Below, one piece after another: positions 29,909 through 40,091 of a DNA stretch of 64,000 bases (its first letter is position 1; every line of letters begins with the position of its first letter). The notes under the pieces are model-generated. The model worked only from the letters and a program-made list of their open reading frames with translations. It was not told where the DNA came from and ran no database searches. The stretch spans positions 762,469 through 826,468 of the forward strand of contig CP070758.1 in assembly GCA_020348925.1 (NCBI GenBank), in the 5' to 3' direction. This stretch comes from Gemmatimonadota bacterium. GTDB taxonomy: Bacteria; JBHIER01; G020348925. The translations under genes were made by a program, and so were the position numbers.

Positions 29909-32143
29909 ATGCCTGGTCAAAAATCGTTCGTGAGAGGATATGGGTTCGGAACCGCCCCTGTTTTTCTGGCGGCCATCAGTACCATTTTGGGCGCAATCCT
30001 GTTTTTGAGGTTCGGCTACGCCGTGGCCAATGCGGGCCTCTTCGGTACCATAGCAATCATTTGTATCGGCCACGCCATCACCGTTCCGACGGCCATGGCC
30101 ATCGCCGAAATTGCGACCGACCTGAAGGTGGGTGGTGGTGGTGAATATTTCATCATCAGCCGTTCCTTTGGTTCTCTCTTGGGAGGAACCATCGGCATCT
30201 CGCTCTATTTCTCGCAGGCCATATCCGTGGCCTTTTACATGATCGCCTTTTCCCAGGCGTTTACACCGCTCTTTGGATGGTTTCAGAATGTGACGGGTGT
30301 GGTCCCCGATGCACGTATGATCAGCCTGCCGGCGACGTTCATACTCCTCCTTGTCATATTGAAGAAGGGAGCCAATATCGGCGTTACGGCACTGTGGGTT
30401 GTTGTCACCGTTCTCGGTGTCTCACTGGTCATGTTTTTCTTGGGCGGTCCCACGTCCGAATCTGCCTCTGAAACGTTCTTGGATACGGTCACACATTCCG
30501 ACAGTTTCTTCAAAGTTTTTGCCATCATTTTTCCCGCTTTTACCGGGATGACGGCCGGCGTCGGGCTGTCCGGTGATCTGAAGAATCCTCGCCGGTCAAT
30601 TCCGCTGGGCACCCTTTCGGCCACCATAGCCGGAATGATTGTCTATATTTTCGTGGTTCTCAAACTTGCCTACAGTGCAACCCCCCAGGATCTGGCTGGG
30701 GATCAGCTCATCATGAGTAAGATCGCCCTGTGGGGACCGATCATCCCCGTCGGACTGGCCGCCGCAACGTTATCCTCGGCCATCGGGTCCATTCTCATCG
30801 CCCCCCGGACGATGCAGGCTCTGGCCGGTGACCGGATATTTCCCACGGGAACCGTGAACCTGTTCCTGAGCCAGGGAAAGGGCGATACCAACGAGCCGGT
30901 CCGCGCGACGCTCGTCACCTCAGTCATTGTTTTGGTCTTTGTGACCATGGGCAGCGTCGATTTCGTGGCCCAAATTATTAGCATGTTTTTCATGATCACA
31001 TACGGAGCCCTCTGTCTCGTCAGCTTCCTTGAACATCTGGCTGGAAATCCGTCGTACCGGCCGACATTCCGGTCCAGGTGGTACGTCTCACTCGTGGGTG
31101 CAATAGCCTGTTTTGTCATGATGTTTCAAATGCAGCCGCTCTACGCGCTATTCGCCATAATCGTCATGGTGGTCATCTACGTCACTTTGAAGCGGAGCAA
31201 GAAGGAGGAGACGGACCTGGCCGACGTTTTCAAGGGTGTGCTGTTTCAGATGACGCGAAAGCTCCAGGTGATGATTCAGAAGAGACAGGCCCACGTCGTC
31301 GGGGTCAGATGGCGCCCCTCTTTTATCGCTATCTCGTCCAGCTCCCTGACCAGATTGGCCCCCTATGATCTTCTGCGGTGGATATCCCATCATTACGGTT
31401 TCGGCTGCTTTTTCCATTTCATCAAAGGTTCCCTGAACGAGGAGAACGCCACGGAATCGAAGAAGACGCTGGCGAGATTGATCGAGCAGGGCGTAAGGAG
31501 TGAGGCCGGTATCTATGCGGACACCATTATTTCCCCGAGCTTTCGGACGGCCGTGGCGCAGATCATACAGGCCCCGGGTGTCTTCGGGATAGAGAACAAC
31601 AGCATTCTTTTCGAATTTCGCAAGGGGGAGGAGGGGGCGATCGAGGACATCATCGACGGCGCACAGTTTGCGTCAGCCCTGGGGTACAGTATTTGCGTCC
31701 TGCGATCATCGGAGCGACATTTCGGCTATCGGAAGAAGATACATATCTGGCTGACGCCCGGTGACTATCGAAACGTCAATCTCATGATCCTGCTCGCCTA
31801 CATCCTCATGGGGCATCCCGAATGGAAAGGCTGCGACATTGAGATCTTTGCCGCTTTCAAGAATGAGGAAATGGACAAGGAGGTGGCGAAACTGAATCAG
31901 CTCATCGAAAGGGGGCGTATCCCGATCTCACAGCAGAACGTGCAAAAGGTGCCCTTCAAGAAGGGTCTCGATCCTTTCGAGGAGCTCGTCACGGAACATT
32001 CCGCCGAGGCGGATCTCGTCATTACCGGTTTTTCCCTCGGCAAGCTCGTAAAAGAGGAGGGCAGATTTTTCAAAAGTTTTGAGAAGATCGAAGATATCCT
32101 GTTCGTCAGGGCCGGGCAGAGAATTATCATTACGGATACGTAG
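29909..32143 (+). CDS. Prokaryotic cation-chloride cotransporter (SLC12-like) / APC permease
   Basis: TILGAILFLR, GGGEYFIISRS.G..GG.IG, FPAFTGMTAG..LSGDLKNP.RSIP.GT, P.YRPTFR, cytoplasmic C-terminal domain. Confidence 0.85.
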   Translation: MPGQKSFVRGYGFGTAPVFLAAISTILGAILFLRFGYAVANAGLFGTIAIICIGHAITVPTAMAIAEIATDLKVGGGGEYFIISRSFGSLLGGTIGISLYFSQAISVAFYMIAFSQAFTPLFGWFQNVTGVVPDARMISLPATFILLLVILKKGANIGVTALWVVVTVLGVSLVMFFLGGPTSESASETFLDTVTHSDSFFKVFAIIFPAFTGMTAGVGLSGDLKNPRRSIPLGTLSATIAGMIVYIFVVLKLAYSATPQDLAGDQLIMSKIALWGPIIPVGLAAATLSSAIGSILIAPRTMQALAGDRIFPTGTVNLFLSQGKGDTNEPVRATLVTSVIVLVFVTMGSVDFVAQIISMFFMITYGALCLVSFLEHLAGNPSYRPTFRSRWYVSLVGAIACFVMMFQMQPLYALFAIIVMVVIYVTLKRSKKEETDLADVFKGVLFQMTRKLQVMIQKRQAHVVGVRWRPSFIAISSSSLTRLAPYDLLRWISHHYGFGCFFHFIKGSLNEENATESKKTLARLIEQGVRSEAGIYADTIISPSFRTAVAQIIQAPGVFGIENNSILFEFRKGEEGAIEDIIDGAQFASALGYSICVLRSSERHFGYRKKIHIWLTPGDYRNVNLMILLAYILMGHPEWKGCDIEIFAAFKNEEMDKEVAKLNQLIERGRIPISQQNVQKVPFKKGLDPFEELVTEHSAEADLVITGFSLGKLVKEEGRFFKSFEKIEDILFVRAGQRIIITDT

Positions 32144-32235
32144 TTTTCGGATGGACACCGTTAAAATTGGGAGGGTAACCCTGATAATAGAGGCGGACGC
32201 GGCAGCTGTCTGTCTCCGGAAAAAGGAGGGTGCAT

Positions 32236-32742
32236 ATGGATTGGCTGAGTATGGGACGATGGTCGCCGTACGCCGTTGGCGTTGGAATTGGCGTTCTGAG
32301 CTGGCTGACCTTTGTGCTGTCGGACAAGCCAATCGGATGTTCGACCGCGTATGCTCGAACCAGCGGAATGATCGAGCGGCTGTTTCGCGGGAATTCGGTA
32401 GTGGCAAAACCGTATTACGCCAAATTTGCCCCGGTGATAGACTGGGAATGGATGCTTGTCCTGGGCATTTTCATGGGGTCGTTTGTCTCGGCGAAATTGT
32501 CCGGGCAGTTTCAAGCCCTGTGGGTGCCGAACAAGTGGGTCTCAACCTTCGGCTATACTCCTGTGGCCCGATTGCTGGTTGCCTTTGTCGGTGGTATTTT
32601 TATGGGACTCGGTGCGCGTTGGGCGGGCGGCTGCACCAGCGGGCATGGTATCAGCGGGACACTTCAACTGGCGGTGAGTGGGTGGCTGGCGGCACTCTGT
32701 TTTTTCATCGGCGGTATCGCTGTCGCCATGCTCATTTATTAG
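32236..32742 (+). CDS. YeeE/YedE family sulfur-compound transporter subunit
   Basis: WSPY..G, PIGCST, GARWAGGCTSGHG. Confidence 0.9.
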   Translation: MDWLSMGRWSPYAVGVGIGVLSWLTFVLSDKPIGCSTAYARTSGMIERLFRGNSVVAKPYYAKFAPVIDWEWMLVLGIFMGSFVSAKLSGQFQALWVPNKWVSTFGYTPVARLLVAFVGGIFMGLGARWAGGCTSGHGISGTLQLAVSGWLAALCFFIGGIAVAMLIY

Positions 32743-32772
32743 GGTTCGATACTTTCATGGAGGGATGAATCG

Positions 32773-33330
32773 ATGCTTACGACCGTTCATTCGAAAAAAG
32801 GTCTCCAATTGACCATGGGCTTGATCCTGGGCATGCTCTTTGGATTTTTGCTGCAGAAGGGGGGCGTGACGAATTATGATGTTATCATCGGACAGCTCCT
32901 TTTGGCGGACTTCACCGTTTTGAAAGTTATGCTCTCCGCCGTGATCACAGGTATGCTTGGCATTCATTTTCTGAGACGTATCGGCCTGGCGCAGCTTCAT
33001 CCAAAGCCGGGCTCGGTTGGAACGTCCGTTGTCGGCGGTCTTCTCTTCGGCGTCGGATTCGCCGTTCTCGGCTACTGCCCGGGAACAGTTGCGGGGGCCG
33101 TCGGACAGGGCTACCTCGACGCGTTGTGTGGCGGGGTAGTGGGCATACTCGTGGGTGCCGGCATTTTCGCCGCGCTCTATCCAAAATTGAACCAACCCAT
33201 TTTAAGCAGAGGCGATTTCGGGGAACTGACCCTGCCGCAGATGTTGAAGCTCCCTGCAGAGATCGTCGTTGTTCCGGTATCCGTCCTTCTGATCGTCCTG
33301 TTGCTCTTCTTGGAAAAGGCCGGTTTGTAA
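32773..33330 (+). CDS. YeeE/YedE family sulfur-compound transporter subunit
   Basis: G.LFGFLLQK, GGLLFG.GF...GYCPGT. Confidence 0.9.
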   Translation: MLTTVHSKKGLQLTMGLILGMLFGFLLQKGGVTNYDVIIGQLLLADFTVLKVMLSAVITGMLGIHFLRRIGLAQLHPKPGSVGTSVVGGLLFGVGFAVLGYCPGTVAGAVGQGYLDALCGGVVGILVGAGIFAALYPKLNQPILSRGDFGELTLPQMLKLPAEIVVVPVSVLLIVLLLFLEKAGL

Positions 33331-33363
33331 TCTCTGTTACTTCAGACGGGTATTCCGGCTGGA

Positions 33364-35082
33364 GTGACGCAGAGGGGGATACTGACGTCGCGTATGGCAA
33401 TATCGATTGATACACTTGTGCCCGCATTTCGTTGGCTTCGGACGTACCAGCGGAGCGAGCTGAAAGACGATCTCGTCGCCGGGGTGACCGTCGCCATCAT
33501 GCTCGTTCCACAGGGAATGGCCTACGCCATGCTGGCCGGATTACCTCCGGTCATCGGCTTGTACGCTTCCACGGTGCCCCTTGTTGTTTATGCCCTCTTC
33601 GGTTCCTCCCGTCATCTCGCGGTCGGTCCTGTGGCCATGGTCTCACTGCTGGTCTTCGTATCATGCTCCAGACTGGCCGAGCCAGGATCGGACCACTATA
33701 TCGCAATCGCCGTATTGCTGTCGCTCATGGTTGGGGCGATTCAGTTCCTGTTGGGAAGCCTCCGATTGGGATTTCTGGAAAATTTCATTTCCCATGCCGT
33801 CATCAGCGGCTTTACATCGGCAGCAGCGATCGTCATCTCCTTGAGCCAGTTGAAGCATATTCTCGGTATCCATGTGGCGAGCGGACATTCCGCCTTCAGC
33901 CTTCTCTCCGAAACGGTGCAGCGTCTGGGTGACACCAATCCTGTCAGCGTCGGCATCGGCCTCTCAAGCATTGGTCTCCTTTTACTCTTGAAGAGAAAGT
34001 ATCCTCTTTTTCCGGCTCCGCTTTTGATCGTGATAGGAGGCACACTTTTGGTCTATTTGTGGGGATTGCGAGACGCAGGCGTCCAGACAGTGGGGAAAGT
34101 CCCGCAGGGATTCCCTTCATTGAGTCTGCCGGAAATTCGACTCAGTGCGGTCAGACACCTGGTCCCGACGGCTCTGACCATCCTGTTCGTCGGGTATATA
34201 GAATCGATTGCCGTGGCGGAGCTTGTGGCTGCCAGGAAAAAGTATACAATCGATCCAGACCAGGAGTTGAAGGGGCTCGGACTGGCGAATATAGTCGGGT
34301 CATTCTTCTCCTGTTATCCCGTGACCGGCGGGTTTTCCCGGACAGCCGTCAATTATCAAGCAGGAGCACGAACGGCCCTGGCATCTTTTGTTACCGCCGT
34401 CATAGTGCTTCTGACACTCCTTTTTCTCACGCCCCTCTTTTCATTTCTCCCCAATGCAGTTTTAGCCGCCATCATTATCGTCGCCGTATTGGGTCTGATA
34501 GATGTAGAAGACGCCAGATATCTTTTCAGGCTCAAGAGGGCCAACGGATGGGCGCTGGTTCTCACGTTCCTTACAACACTGGCCATAGGCGTCGAGCAGG
34601 GCATCCTCATCGGGGTCGCCTTTTCTCTCCTTCTCTTTATCTGGAGGAGTTCGCGGCCGCATGTGGCGGAACTCGGGTTCTTAGGGGAGGAAGGAGTGTT
34701 TCATGATATTACGCGTTTTCCCGAGGAGAAGACGTATCCTCAGGTGCTCATACTTCGGATAGATGCCTCCCTCTACTTTGCGAACATGAAGTTTCTCGAA
34801 GATACGATTCGCAGAAGCATTGAGGACAGACCAGATCTGCGCTGGGTCGTGCTCGATTTTTCCGGCGTGAATGACATGGATGCTGTGGCTGTCAGAACCC
34901 TGGAAGAGATGATGGACACATACGGAGAGAGAGGGATCACTTTTACGTATGCCGCCATGAAGGGACCTGTCAGGGATCTTGTCGCCAGGGCGGGTTGGAC
35001 CGAGAAATACGAAAAAAACTTGATTCACGCCTCGGTTCAACATGTGCTGAGGGGCATAGGCGTGCTCAAAGAAAACGGGTAA
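33364..35082 (+). CDS. SulP/SLC26 anion transporter with STAS domain
   Basis: PQGMAYA.LAGLPP..GLY, GSSRHL.VGP, GGFSRTAVN, LYFAN; start uncertain. Confidence 0.95.
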   Translation: MTQRGILTSRMAISIDTLVPAFRWLRTYQRSELKDDLVAGVTVAIMLVPQGMAYAMLAGLPPVIGLYASTVPLVVYALFGSSRHLAVGPVAMVSLLVFVSCSRLAEPGSDHYIAIAVLLSLMVGAIQFLLGSLRLGFLENFISHAVISGFTSAAAIVISLSQLKHILGIHVASGHSAFSLLSETVQRLGDTNPVSVGIGLSSIGLLLLLKRKYPLFPAPLLIVIGGTLLVYLWGLRDAGVQTVGKVPQGFPSLSLPEIRLSAVRHLVPTALTILFVGYIESIAVAELVAARKKYTIDPDQELKGLGLANIVGSFFSCYPVTGGFSRTAVNYQAGARTALASFVTAVIVLLTLLFLTPLFSFLPNAVLAAIIIVAVLGLIDVEDARYLFRLKRANGWALVLTFLTTLAIGVEQGILIGVAFSLLLFIWRSSRPHVAELGFLGEEGVFHDITRFPEEKTYPQVLILRIDASLYFANMKFLEDTIRRSIEDRPDLRWVVLDFSGVNDMDAVAVRTLEEMMDTYGERGITFTYAAMKGPVRDLVARAGWTEKYEKNLIHASVQHVLRGIGVLKENG

Positions 35083-35128
35083 GCGCGGCCATGCGATGCT
35101 GTGACGTATTAGGGTTAAGGAGTCAAAG

Positions 35129-35500
35129 ATGACACTATTGCACTATATCTCCGTGGGAATCGGGTTTGCCGGTGTGGCCATTATTGTGTGGGGGGTGATA
35201 TTGATGTTGTTTCGGCTCATACGCCTCGAGTTCACGCGTATACGGAAAAAAAGTATTTTTCAGGAACGGGAGACAATCCGGCATCAGCTCGGTTCCTACC
35301 TTCTCCTGGGATTGGAATTCCTCATCGCGGCCGATATCATCAACACCATTACCCATCCGACGCTGAATGAAATGGCGGTTTTAGGAAGTATCGTCGTCAT
35401 TCGATCGGTCATCAGCTATTTTCTCGACAAGGAGAGGGCAGAATTCGACAGCCGTACTGAAGAGAAAGCTTCAGAGACGAAGGATACGGTTGCGGTGTAA
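35129..35500 (+). CDS. DUF1622 family membrane protein
   Basis: R.QLG.YLLLGLEFLIAADII.TI..P, IVVIR..ISYFL..E. Confidence 0.85.
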   Translation: MTLLHYISVGIGFAGVAIIVWGVILMLFRLIRLEFTRIRKKSIFQERETIRHQLGSYLLLGLEFLIAADIINTITHPTLNEMAVLGSIVVIRSVISYFLDKERAEFDSRTEEKASETKDTVAV

Positions 35501-35560
35501 GCCCAAAAATCTACCGGTTGCCACTTTTCACTACAATTTCTTGAAAAAAGGAGTCCGTGG

Positions 35561-37372
35561 TTGACAGAGCATATCTTCATCGGCTTGGCCAGCATCATTA
35601 TCCTTGGGGTCGGTGCTCAGTGGTTGGCCTGGCGCCTGCAATTCCCTTCCATTCTCTTTCTACTGGTCTTCGGATTCGCCGCCGGTCCCCTGACGGGATT
35701 TATTGATCCGGACAATCTTCTGGGTGATCTTTTGCTGCCCGTCGTTTCGATCTCAGTGGGGATCATCTTATTTGAGGGCGGTCTGAGTTTGAGAGTCCGC
35801 GAGCTCCGAGAGATCGGACATATCGTCCGCAATTTTATTACAATAGGCGTCTGCTGTACGTGGGTGATCGGTGCTGTATCGGCACACGTTCTTTTGGGCA
35901 TCACCCTAAAATTATCAATTCTCCTGGGCGCTATTCTGGTCGTGACCGGTCCGACAGTCATTGGACCGCTGCTGCGGCATATCCGTCCGACAGGACATGT
36001 CGGAAATATCTTGAAATGGGAAGGCATATTGATCGATCCGGTGGGGGCCATTCTGGCCGTTCTGGTTTTTCAGATCATTTTCGTGGCAGGCGGTCAAAAG
36101 GCCGGTTTTCTCATTTTAGTCGGTCTGCTGAAAACGATCGTGCTCAGCGGAATCGTGGGCGTTATCATGGCCCTGATACTGATTGTTCTCCTTCGGCGGT
36201 ACTGGATCCCGGATTTCCTTCACCAGACGGTGACGCTGATGCTGGTGATTGCGGCCTTTCTCGTCTCAAATCTCCAGCAGCAGGAATCCGGTCTGCTGAC
36301 CGTCACAATCATGGGTATCACGCTGGCCAATCAGGGCAAGGTTGCGGTCAAGCATATTGTGGAATTCAAGGAGAACTTGCGCGTCCTGATCATATCGAGT
36401 CTCTTCATCCTGCTGGCAGCCCGGATGCACATGAGTGATCTCGAATTTTTTAACGTTCGGAGCGCGCTCTTTTTGGGTGCGTTGATGCTCTTGGCACGAC
36501 CCCTCTCGGTATTCATGTCGACACTGCGGTCGAGGGTAACGTGGCGGGAACGTCTCTTTCTCGCCTGGATGGCACCCCGCGGCATTGTGGCGGCTGCTGT
36601 CTGTTCCGTTTTCGCCCTGCAGTTGTCTATGGAGGGCTTTGCCCAGACTGAATATTTGGTTCCGGTGACGTTTCTGGTTATATTCGGAACCGTTGTCATA
36701 TATGGGTTGACGGCTCCTCTCGTGGCCCTGTGGATGGGTTTGGCCGAAAAAGATCCCCAGGGGATTCTGATTATCGGTGCCCATACGTGGGCGCGAGCCA
36801 TGGCGAAGGCGCTTCAGGAGGAAGGCTTCCGGATACTCTTGGTCGATTCAAATCGGGTCAATATTCGAGCTGCCCGGATGATCGGGCTGCCGGCGTATCA
36901 CGGCAACATCCTGTCCGAATATGCCATGGATGAGATTGAACTGAGCGGCATTGGGCGATCACTGGCCGTGACATCGAACGATGAGGCCAATTCTTTAGCT
37001 TCCTGCCATTTGAGAGAAATATTGGCCAGATCCGAAATATATCAGCTTGTACCTCATGGTGGAGAACGCGTGAAAGAGGCGTACGTACCACAACATATGC
37101 GAGGCCGCTTCGTCTTCGGTCCGCACGTGAACTATGAAAGGCTGAGTGAACTTTGTACGTCCGGTGCTGTGATTGAAAAAATCGATCTCACAAAGGAGTT
37201 TGACTTCGATGCGTTTACGTCGCTGTATGGTGATTCGGCGGTACCACTGTTTGTGGTGAAAGAGGGGAAAAAACTCGATATTGTTACGATTGATGCCGGT
37301 CCATCCCCTCAGCCGGGTCAGTCGATTATTGCTTTCATCGATTCCAGGCAGACACGCAGGGCCGAGGCGTAA
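35561..37372 (+). CDS. NhaP-type (CPA1) cation:proton antiporter with C-terminal TrkA-N domain
   Basis: ILFEGGL, VTGPTVI.P, WEGILIDPVGA, APRGIVAAA. Confidence 0.9.
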   Translation: MTEHIFIGLASIIILGVGAQWLAWRLQFPSILFLLVFGFAAGPLTGFIDPDNLLGDLLLPVVSISVGIILFEGGLSLRVRELREIGHIVRNFITIGVCCTWVIGAVSAHVLLGITLKLSILLGAILVVTGPTVIGPLLRHIRPTGHVGNILKWEGILIDPVGAILAVLVFQIIFVAGGQKAGFLILVGLLKTIVLSGIVGVIMALILIVLLRRYWIPDFLHQTVTLMLVIAAFLVSNLQQQESGLLTVTIMGITLANQGKVAVKHIVEFKENLRVLIISSLFILLAARMHMSDLEFFNVRSALFLGALMLLARPLSVFMSTLRSRVTWRERLFLAWMAPRGIVAAAVCSVFALQLSMEGFAQTEYLVPVTFLVIFGTVVIYGLTAPLVALWMGLAEKDPQGILIIGAHTWARAMAKALQEEGFRILLVDSNRVNIRAARMIGLPAYHGNILSEYAMDEIELSGIGRSLAVTSNDEANSLASCHLREILARSEIYQLVPHGGERVKEAYVPQHMRGRFVFGPHVNYERLSELCTSGAVIEKIDLTKEFDFDAFTSLYGDSAVPLFVVKEGKKLDIVTIDAGPSPQPGQSIIAFIDSRQTRRAEA

Positions 37373-37440
37373 AATCGATTGGTTCCAGGTGCTGTGGAAT
37401 CGGAAAAGAGATTCATGAAAAAGAAGCGGGGGAGTTGCAC

Positions 37441-38613
37441 ATGTGGAAAACGATAACAGCTGTTGCAGCATTGGTTTTTGTTCTAGTATGTGACCTTGCA
37501 TTGGGCCAAAACGTTTCGGTTACCGATTACGAGGTGGCGGTGAGTACGGCCAAGGATTTGCGTTTCGACGTCAACTATGCCTTTGATCGCCAGGGCGATT
37601 CGACGAGAGTGGATCAGGGGTTCGGGGGAGTCGCGTTCAAAAAGTTTTACAGCTCGTTGCCCTTCGCCTGGAACGTCGATGTGACAGGGAGCAGTAGCAA
37701 GAGCAGGGGCGATTTTACATCCATACTCGATTTTGTCGGTCGTTTCAACAGATACGTGGATGAACAGAAGGATGTTTTTGGGTTTGGCCGACTGGCAGTG
37801 AATTACATCACCGAGGCCGACATTCTCGGTCGGGATGAACCGAGAATTGATGTGACGATCGGGGGAGGGTACGGCAGGTTCGTCAATGCCTCACCGTTGG
37901 CCAAGGCCGTTCGGATTGAAGATTTTCTTATCAAGGAGGGCATTCTGAAGGATCACTTGCCCAAAGAAATTATTTTGGAGCTGGCCACCCTGATTCGGAA
38001 GGAGGGAGAGTACAGTGACCGCTACGGTGCGGTGTACGAAGCCAAGTGGTACAACGATATGGAAAAAATCATGGGAAAAAGCGGTCTCCTGAGAAAAGAA
38101 GGCCTCGGGGCTCTTGGGGCCGTTCGCATCGGGGAAGTGCTCTACCGCGAAAAGGTGCAGGACCGCTACTACGGCTATGACATCACGGCCGGTGCAGGCG
38201 CCACGCTTTCGACTCCGGATACGACGATGGAGAGGGGAAAAGCTCTCATGAGTCTCGGATTTCGCTGGTCCCGTCCGGTCGCCTGGAGGAGTCAGTTGGA
38301 TCAGCAGTTTATACTGAACACGCCTTTCGATGTTGATATGTTTAACATCATCACCATTACCCAAACGAGCCGTCTGGTCTACGAGTTGAGCAACCGCATC
38401 GATTTTTCTGTGTCTCATATTCTCTTCTTCAAGAAATTGGCGGACGTTTCCAACGGAGAAGATGAAACTTTTGTTGATAACTCGGTCAGATTGGCGTTTC
38501 TTTTCTATCTTGAGAACTATATTAATTTGACCGTAAACCTTGGTTTTGATAAATACGAGGGTCAGGATATGGTGACGACCTTTAACACAGGTCTTAGGTT
38601 CGATATCTGGTGA
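37441..38613 (+). CDS. Hypothetical exported protein, probable outer-membrane beta-barrel
   Basis: Signal peptide, alternating beta patterns flanking a helical middle, C-terminus GLRFDIW. Confidence 0.6.
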   Translation: MWKTITAVAALVFVLVCDLALGQNVSVTDYEVAVSTAKDLRFDVNYAFDRQGDSTRVDQGFGGVAFKKFYSSLPFAWNVDVTGSSSKSRGDFTSILDFVGRFNRYVDEQKDVFGFGRLAVNYITEADILGRDEPRIDVTIGGGYGRFVNASPLAKAVRIEDFLIKEGILKDHLPKEIILELATLIRKEGEYSDRYGAVYEAKWYNDMEKIMGKSGLLRKEGLGALGAVRIGEVLYREKVQDRYYGYDITAGAGATLSTPDTTMERGKALMSLGFRWSRPVAWRSQLDQQFILNTPFDVDMFNIITITQTSRLVYELSNRIDFSVSHILFFKKLADVSNGEDETFVDNSVRLAFLFYLENYINLTVNLGFDKYEGQDMVTTFNTGLRFDIW

Positions 38614-38670
38614 AGTATTTGGATTAAAAGTGAGACATGTGTTATCACCGTAATATTTTGGTGATGCCTT

Positions 38671-39597
38671 ATGGAGTATAAAGATTATTATAAAATATTG
38701 GGTGTGGAAAAAACGGCCACAAAGGAAGAGATGAAAAAGGCATACCGAACACTTGCCATGAAGTACCACCCTGACAAAAATCCCGAGGACAGGGAGGCGG
38801 AGCGGAAGTTCAAGGAGATCAATGAAGCCCATGCCGTGCTCAGCGATCCTGAGAAACGAAAAAAGTACGACCAGTTTGGCAAGGACTGGGAGATGTACGA
38901 GAAGGCGGTGGCGCAGCAGGGAGACTTTGATTTTTCAAAATATGCAGGTGGCAAGGGCCGACGGGTCTATTGGAAGACGGGAGACTTCAAGGACGTCTTC
39001 GGTGACGTCGGCACCGATGATTTCTTCGAGATGCTCTTTGGGGAGCGATTTCAAGCCCGGCCCGGCGGAAGAGCAAGGGAATTTAAAGGGCCGGACATTA
39101 CGGCCGAGGCGACGATCACCCTTGAAGAGGCGTATCATGGGACGAATCGGTTGGTTGAACTGGGCGGCCAAAAAATCAAGATCAATATCAAACCCGGGAT
39201 TCGTGACCGGCAAATTTTGAGAATCTCCGGCAAGGGTGGTCCCGGCGTGAGCGGGAGCAAAGCCGGTGATTTTTTGCTCAGGGTACGGATTGCGGAGCAT
39301 GCTGAGTATCGTCGAGAAGGATACGACTTGTACAAAGATATTCCGGTCGATCTCTATACAGCCATACTCGGCGGGAAAGTCAATGTTACTACCATGAAGG
39401 GAACGGTCAAGGTCGATATACCGAAGGAGACCGACAACGGGAAAGTTCTCAAACTGAAAAAACTCGGTGTGCCCGTCTATGGCAAAAAGAATGCGTTCGG
39501 CGATTTGTACGTCAAAATATCCCTTCGAATCCCAAAGAATCTGAGTGAAAAAGAGATTGACTTATTCAAACGGTTGAGCGATATTCGAACGTCATAA
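38671..39597 (+). CDS. cbpA: DnaJ-class co-chaperone, CbpA-like (no zinc finger)
   Basis: [13 protein letters not shown] motif, G/F region, DnaJ C-terminal domain. Confidence 0.85.
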   Translation: MEYKDYYKILGVEKTATKEEMKKAYRTLAMKYHPDKNPEDREAERKFKEINEAHAVLSDPEKRKKYDQFGKDWEMYEKAVAQQGDFDFSKYAGGKGRRVYWKTGDFKDVFGDVGTDDFFEMLFGERFQARPGGRAREFKGPDITAEATITLEEAYHGTNRLVELGGQKIKINIKPGIRDRQILRISGKGGPGVSGSKAGDFLLRVRIAEHAEYRREGYDLYKDIPVDLYTAILGGKVNVTTMKGTVKVDIPKETDNGKVLKLKKLGVPVYGKKNAFGDLYVKISLRIPKNLSEKEIDLFKRLSDIRTS

Positions 39598-39956
39598 TGA
39601 GGATGATTCCCATGTTGACCTTATATGATCCCTTGGAACTTCGGGAAATTCGAACTCTTCTTGAGGAAGCCCTGATGAACCAGTGTGAATTCTATGCCAG
39701 TGAGCTGATGAGGGTTCTGGAATACGAGGATCAGACACTGTTTGAAGCTGCTGTGTCATCTGCCATTCGAGCCTGTTCGACGCTACGCATTCCCATACGG
39801 CATCACATCAGGACAGTCTTTCGCTGCACCGATAAGGATGTTCGGAGAGATTATATCATATCGCGCTTCGCCTGCCACTTGATCGTCATGAGCGCCGACC
39901 CGAGTTATCCAGCCGTCGCCGAGGCACAGCTGTATTTTACCCTCAGGCAACGATGA
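39597..39956 (+). CDS. Short DinD N-terminal-like protein
   Basis: DYIISRFACHLIVMSADPS.P.VA.AQ.YF resembles DinD DY.LTRYACYLI.QN.DP.K...A.AQ.YF; TAATG overlap with cbpA. Confidence 0.55.
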   Translation: MRMIPMLTLYDPLELREIRTLLEEALMNQCEFYASELMRVLEYEDQTLFEAAVSSAIRACSTLRIPIRHHIRTVFRCTDKDVRRDYIISRFACHLIVMSADPSYPAVAEAQLYFTLRQR

Positions 39957-40091
39957 AAACAGGTATGATGGATACAGTTCCTGATGTCACTGCCACCAGT
40001 ATGTTCAATTCGGAAGGGAGCAACAGAGACAAGGGAGACGAACGGGCAACAGTGGTTCTGACATCTCACCGACATCGTTCAGAAAGGATAT

